DNA from: an uncultured Thermoplasmata archaeon
GTDB taxonomy: Archaea; Thermoplasmatota; Thermoplasmata; RBG-16-68-12
Direction: 5' to 3'
Assembly (NCBI GenBank): GCA_963768855.1
Contig: CAVYJM010000010.1
Coordinates: forward strand, 32,001-96,000
Length of the DNA stretch: 64,000 nucleotides
Position numbers and translations under genes: made by a program. This document shows, piece after piece, positions 60,119 to 64,000 of this stretch; position 1 is the stretch's first letter, and the number at the start of each line of letters is the position of its first letter. Under the pieces are notes generated by a model that made no database searches, was not told where the DNA came from, and saw only the letters and a program-made list of their open reading frames with translations.

Positions 60119-61402
60119 TCATCTTGGCGGGGGTTCCCCGGGAGGAGCTTTCGGCTTTTCCTCCGGCGGGTGGACCTTCCGGAAGCTCACGTAGATCAGC
60201 GTGTCGTAGACGAGTTTGAGGACCCCGGCGGCGACGAGCGGCGTCCCGAGCCAGAGGTTCTCGAGGGCGTAGCCCGCGATGGAGGGACTGATCGACGACG
60301 TCACCGTTCGCGTGGTGCTCGTGAATCCCGCGGCCGGAGTCCGGTCGGCCTCGTCCACGATGGCCATGACGTAGGATTGCCGCGTCGGCACGTCCATCTG
60401 GGACAGCGACTGGCGGCACAGGAGGAGGACCACCGCCCCCAGGGCGGTCGGAGCGAACGCGACCCCGATGAGGAAGACGTTCGAGGGGACATGGCTGAAG
60501 ACCATCGTCCGGAGCAGCCCGATTCGTTTGGCGATGGGATTCGCGAGGAAGAAGGAGCCCGCCGTGACGAGCTGGGTGAGGAGGAAGAGGAGGCCCAAGG
60601 ACCCCAGTTGGAGTCCGAAGCGGTCCGCGAAGTAGAGCGAGAGGATGTTTCCCCCGATGAAGCCGCCGCCGAACGAGTCGATCGCGAACAGCGCCGAGAG
60701 CCGGTACACGATGGGCCGTGCACTCGGAGACAGGATGGCGCGTTTCTTCGCAGCGGCGTCCGACTCCACCTGCTTCGACAGCCGGGAGTAGAGGAAAGCT
60801 CCGAGGAGCCCCGAGGCCAGATACCCGAGGAAGAAGGGCCGCAGCTGGTCCGGCGACGGGGTCGATGCGAGGGCGGCCAGGCCCGCCCCGACCGCAGACG
60901 CGCCGTACCCGACGAAGTTGTAGATGCTGAAGGCGAACGTCCTGCGGTTCGGCTCGCAGGTTCGCGGGAGCATGGCCTGTTCGAGCGAGAGGAAGGGGCC
61001 GACCTCCCCCGCGCCGACGGTCATGTTGCCGACAATCCCGGCGAAGACCGGGGCCCACCAGGCCGTCGTGCTGAAGAGGAGCGCCCCTGCGATGAAATCG
61101 GTGAGAGCGAAGAACACGAGCGTCCGCCTGCGCCCGATGCGGTCCGCGACGAAGCTGATGACGAACGTGTACGCCGCGCTGCTGAGGATTGTGAGCGTCA
61201 GGACGATGCCGATCTGGACGAGGGTGAACCCCAGGTATTGCAGGTACAGGGAGAAGGCCACGCTCAGGAACCCGTACGGGATCGTCCGGGTCGCCTTCTC
61301 GAGGAAGACGAGCTTCCCATCCCGGCTGATCCAGTCGCCGTAGCCCACCGGAGACCCTCCCCGCCTTCGTGTCTGTCCCGTCGGCATGGCCGGCGAGGTC
61401 AT
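60119..61402 (-). CDS. MFS transporter
   Basis: About 12 TM helices, ADRIGRRRTL, GPFLSLEQA, MDVPTRQSYVM. Start ATG 61402 or GTG 61348. Confidence 0.88.
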   Translation of the reverse strand: MTSPAMPTGQTRRRGGSPVGYGDWISRDGKLVFLEKATRTIPYGFLSVAFSLYLQYLGFTLVQIGIVLTLTILSSAAYTFVISFVADRIGRRRTLVFFALTDFIAGALLFSTTAWWAPVFAGIVGNMTVGAGEVGPFLSLEQAMLPRTCEPNRRTFAFSIYNFVGYGASAVGAGLAALASTPSPDQLRPFFLGYLASGLLGAFLYSRLSKQVESDAAAKKRAILSPSARPIVYRLSALFAIDSFGGGFIGGNILSLYFADRFGLQLGSLGLLFLLTQLVTAGSFFLANPIAKRIGLLRTMVFSHVPSNVFLIGVAFAPTALGAVVLLLCRQSLSQMDVPTRQSYVMAIVDEADRTPAAGFTSTTRTVTSSISPSIAGYALENLWLGTPLVAAGVLKLVYDTLIYVSFRKVHPPEEKPKAPPGEPPPR

Positions 61403-61541
61403 CAGGCCTTCGGAGCCGACACCTCCGTGGGAATCGTCAGAGGAACACCGGTGGTCCCAAGGACGAGGCCATCGCACGGCGCCCGCATGAGAGGGGAGGG
61501 CCGTTGGCTGGTGGGAGGAAGAAAAGGGGGACGGGCCGCCC

Positions 61542-62333
61542 TCAGAGCGGCCCGCAGGTGTAGGTGGGGTGGTTCGGGATCCCGAGGCCATCCGGGCGCT
61601 CGGCCCAGAACTTGAACTCGAAGCTTCCCCGGGATTGCGGGTGGATTTCCACGAGGAAGCCGTTCTGGGAGCCGTCTCCCGAAGCGACGACGTGGTCGGA
61701 GAAAGGCATCGTGAGGACCCAGTCCGTGGCCCCCGTCGTCATCGCGATCATCCCGTAGTAGTTCAGGACCTTGAGGATGTCCGACCCGGAGTTCCGGACG
61801 GGATCCGTCGCGTTCACGCCCGGGTCGATGAGCGACCGGTAGCCCGCGGCGTCCCGTTCTGCGATTTCGTGCAGGACGGACGGCCAGTAGTCCGCGCCCC
61901 CGAGGTCCGCGGTGAGCGTCCGCAGGGGGGTCCCCGCGGCGTAGGACACGCCCTTCGCTGCCAGGAGAGGACCGTCCCACCCGATGTAGTAGTCCAGCGT
62001 CCGTGAGCTCACGACCTCCTCGGCCCCGCAGCCCGCGTAGACCGTCAGCTCGTTCGGGACCGTGTTGTTCGGATTCCGCACCTCGATTCGCAGGACCGCG
62101 GGCACGGGCCGGTTTGCGTTGTTCGCCATCGTCGCCACAACCCGGAACACGTCCCCGGGGGCGACGCTCAGCGGGACGCCCTCCACGGTCAGGGTGATGG
62201 CCTGGCCGTTCACCTGCACGTCTCGATCCACGGTGTTGCTGATCGTGGGCGTGAGCACGCCCACCGCGCTGGCCGCGAGGACGACCACAAGGAGGACCGT
62301 CCACCGCGTCCGCAGTTTCTTCCCAAGACCCAT
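61542..62333 (-). CDS. Hypothetical exported or membrane-anchored protein
   Basis: Basic N-terminus plus hydrophobic helix, beta-rich Ig-like-looking segments, host-like codon usage. Confidence 0.65.
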   Translation of the reverse strand: MGLGKKLRTRWTVLLVVVLAASAVGVLTPTISNTVDRDVQVNGQAITLTVEGVPLSVAPGDVFRVVATMANNANRPVPAVLRIEVRNPNNTVPNELTVYAGCGAEEVVSSRTLDYYIGWDGPLLAAKGVSYAAGTPLRTLTADLGGADYWPSVLHEIAERDAAGYRSLIDPGVNATDPVRNSGSDILKVLNYYGMIAMTTGATDWVLTMPFSDHVVASGDGSQNGFLVEIHPQSRGSFEFKFWAERPDGLGIPNHPTYTCGPL

Positions 62334-62506
62334 CGTTCGCACCTCGCCCGCGCACCGCGCGGGACGGAGCCGGGGAGGGCCGCCCCGCCCGCATAAGGCG
62401 GTGTCGTACAGTCACCGTGCACGTAGCCGCTGCGCGGCGCACAGGCCGCGCCGACATGTTAAATAGAACCCGGGGTTCTTGCGTGATTCGCGGGAGAGGA
62501 GACCCC

Positions 62507-63676
62507 GTGACCGAGGTCGTCATCGCCGGCGCCTGTCGCACGCCCATCGGGAAGTACGGCCGTGCGTTCCGCAACGTCGAGGCGGTCAAGCTTGGGAGCC
62601 TCGTCGTCGCGGAGGCCGTGCGGCGCACGGGCCTCGTCGGCGCGGACATCGAGGAGGTCATCCTGGGCAACGTGATCCAGGCGGGCCTCGGCCAGAACCC
62701 GGCGCGCCAGGCCGCGCTCACCGCCGGTCTGCCGGACCGCATCGGCGCGGTGACGATCAACAAGGTGTGCGCGAGCGGGATGAAGAGCGTCGCGATCGCC
62801 GCCGACGCGATCCGAGCCGGCTCCGAGGCGGTCGTCGTGGCGGGGGGCATGGAGTCGATGAGCCGCGCGCCCTACCTCGTGAAGGAGGCCCGGTGGGGAA
62901 TCGGGTACAACCACGTGCCGTTCGTCGACGCGATGGTCCACGACGGCCTCTGGGACGCCTACAACCAGTTCCATATGGGCGTCACGGGCGAGATCGTGTC
63001 CGAACGATTCAAGGTCAGTCGCGAGGACCAGGACGCGTTCTCACTGGAAAGTCACCGCCGGGCCGCGCAGGCGACCCTGGAGGGGAAGTTCCGGGAGGAG
63101 ATCCTCCCGGTCGAGCTCCCCGGGCAGGCCCGCGTCGAACTGGACGAGGGCATTCGCCAGGACACGTCGATGGAGAAGCTCGCGAAGCTGCCTCCCGTGT
63201 TCCGCGAGCGAGGCGTCGTGACGGCGGGCAACGCCTCGCAGCTCAGCGACGGCGCGTCCGCGATGCTCGTGATGTCTCGGGAGGCCGCGGACGGCCATGG
63301 CGTCCGGCCCCTTGCGAAGATCGTGGACTACGTCACGGCCGGCGTGAAGCCGGAGCTGGTGATGGAGGCGCCGATCCCGGCGGTCCGGAAGATCCTCAAG
63401 AAGACGGGCTTGAGGATCGAAGACTTCGACCTGATCGAGCACAACGAGGCCTACGCCGCGGCCAGCGTCGCGGTGATGAAGGAGCTCGGGATCGACCACG
63501 CGAAGTTCAACGTGAACGGCGGCGCGGTCGCGATGGGCCATCCCCTGGGATGCAGCGGCGCGCGCATCCTCACGACCCTGGCGTACGCGATGAAGGACCG
63601 AAACGCGAAGCGGGGCCTCGCGACCCTCTGCCTCGGCGGAGGCAACGCCATGGCGATGATCCTCGAGCGGCCTTGA
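62507..63676 (+). CDS. atoB: Acetyl-CoA C-acetyltransferase (thiolase)
   Basis: QNPARQA, NKVCASGMKS, HNEAY, GHPLGCSG, LCLGGG. Start GTG 62507. Confidence 0.95.
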   Translation: MTEVVIAGACRTPIGKYGRAFRNVEAVKLGSLVVAEAVRRTGLVGADIEEVILGNVIQAGLGQNPARQAALTAGLPDRIGAVTINKVCASGMKSVAIAADAIRAGSEAVVVAGGMESMSRAPYLVKEARWGIGYNHVPFVDAMVHDGLWDAYNQFHMGVTGEIVSERFKVSREDQDAFSLESHRRAAQATLEGKFREEILPVELPGQARVELDEGIRQDTSMEKLAKLPPVFRERGVVTAGNASQLSDGASAMLVMSREAADGHGVRPLAKIVDYVTAGVKPELVMEAPIPAVRKILKKTGLRIEDFDLIEHNEAYAAASVAVMKELGIDHAKFNVNGGAVAMGHPLGCSGARILTTLAYAMKDRNAKRGLATLCLGGGNAMAMILERP

Positions 63677-63730
63677 CGATTGCCGACTCGGTGCATACGC
63701 TCTTAATGCCCAACCGTCTATGCGCCCGGC

Positions 63731-64000
63731 ATGCCGATTCGAACCGTCGCCGTCCTGGGTGCGGGGCAGATGGGTGCAGGGATCGCCCAGGTCGCCGCGG
63801 CCTCCGGGTACGATGTCGTCATGCGGGACGTCGAGGAGCGTTTCCTCGCCAGCGGTTTCTCGAAGATTGAGCGGTCGCTCCAGCGATCCGTGGAGAAGGG
63901 CTCCTTGGACACCGCATCGGCCCGGTTGATCCGCGATCGGATCCAGGGGACGCTCGATCTCGCGGCGGCCGCGAAGGTCGACCTCGTCATCGAGGCCGTC
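63731..64000 (+). CDS. hbd: 3-hydroxybutyryl/3-hydroxyacyl-CoA dehydrogenase (partial, runs off window end)
   Basis: Manual translation MPIRTVAVLGAGQMGAGIAQVAAASGYDVVMRD...DLVIEAV. Downstream of thiolase. Confidence 0.9.
   Translation, partial: MPIRTVAVLGAGQMGAGIAQVAAASGYDVVMRDVEERFLASGFSKIERSLQRSVEKGSLDTASARLIRDRIQGTLDLAAAAKVDLVIEAV

Noticed and set aside
54660-61402. Integrative element inserted at tRNA-Arg
   Set aside because: No integrase and no duplicated tRNA 3' end (att site) were found downstream within the window.

Overview
High-GC (spot counts about 65-72%) archaeal chromosomal window, most likely an uncultured Thermoplasmatota member. That is inferred from DUF3198, DUF835, Ogg, TrmY, the archaeal-type class II RNR and TTTAA-type TATA boxes. 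About 60 genes are mostly housekeeping: cls, Moco synthesis (moaC/D/E), hflX, gcvT/gcvH, an intein-containing nrdJ, gdhA, etfBA plus a FadF-like oxidoreductase, a LeuC/LeuD-type hydratase-citrate synthase-icd operon, cyoE, nth, proline dehydrogenase, pepA, ogg/mutY, trmY, pncB, tRNA-Arg(TCG), thiolase and hbd. Two accessory stress blocks are present: about 34.7-46.1 kb (nikR, Ni permease, katG, crcB, sodX-sodN NiSOD, acr3/arsR/arsC) and about 54.8-61.4 kb next to the tRNA. Best leads: (1) an ARPP-1 + RHH + TPR + DUF835 multidomain protein, (2) an archaeal NiSOD system with a candidate NikR operator, (3) a shared 22-bp palindrome upstream of moaDE and of a pterin-carbinolamine dehydratase, (4) an RNR intein ending in Arg-Gln, (5) a LeuCD-type enzyme apparently placed as the TCA aconitase, (6) an arrestin-fold protein paired with a Pro-rich membrane protein. 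No CRISPR array, integrase or transposase was seen. All family calls come from motif recognition by eye; no database searches were run.
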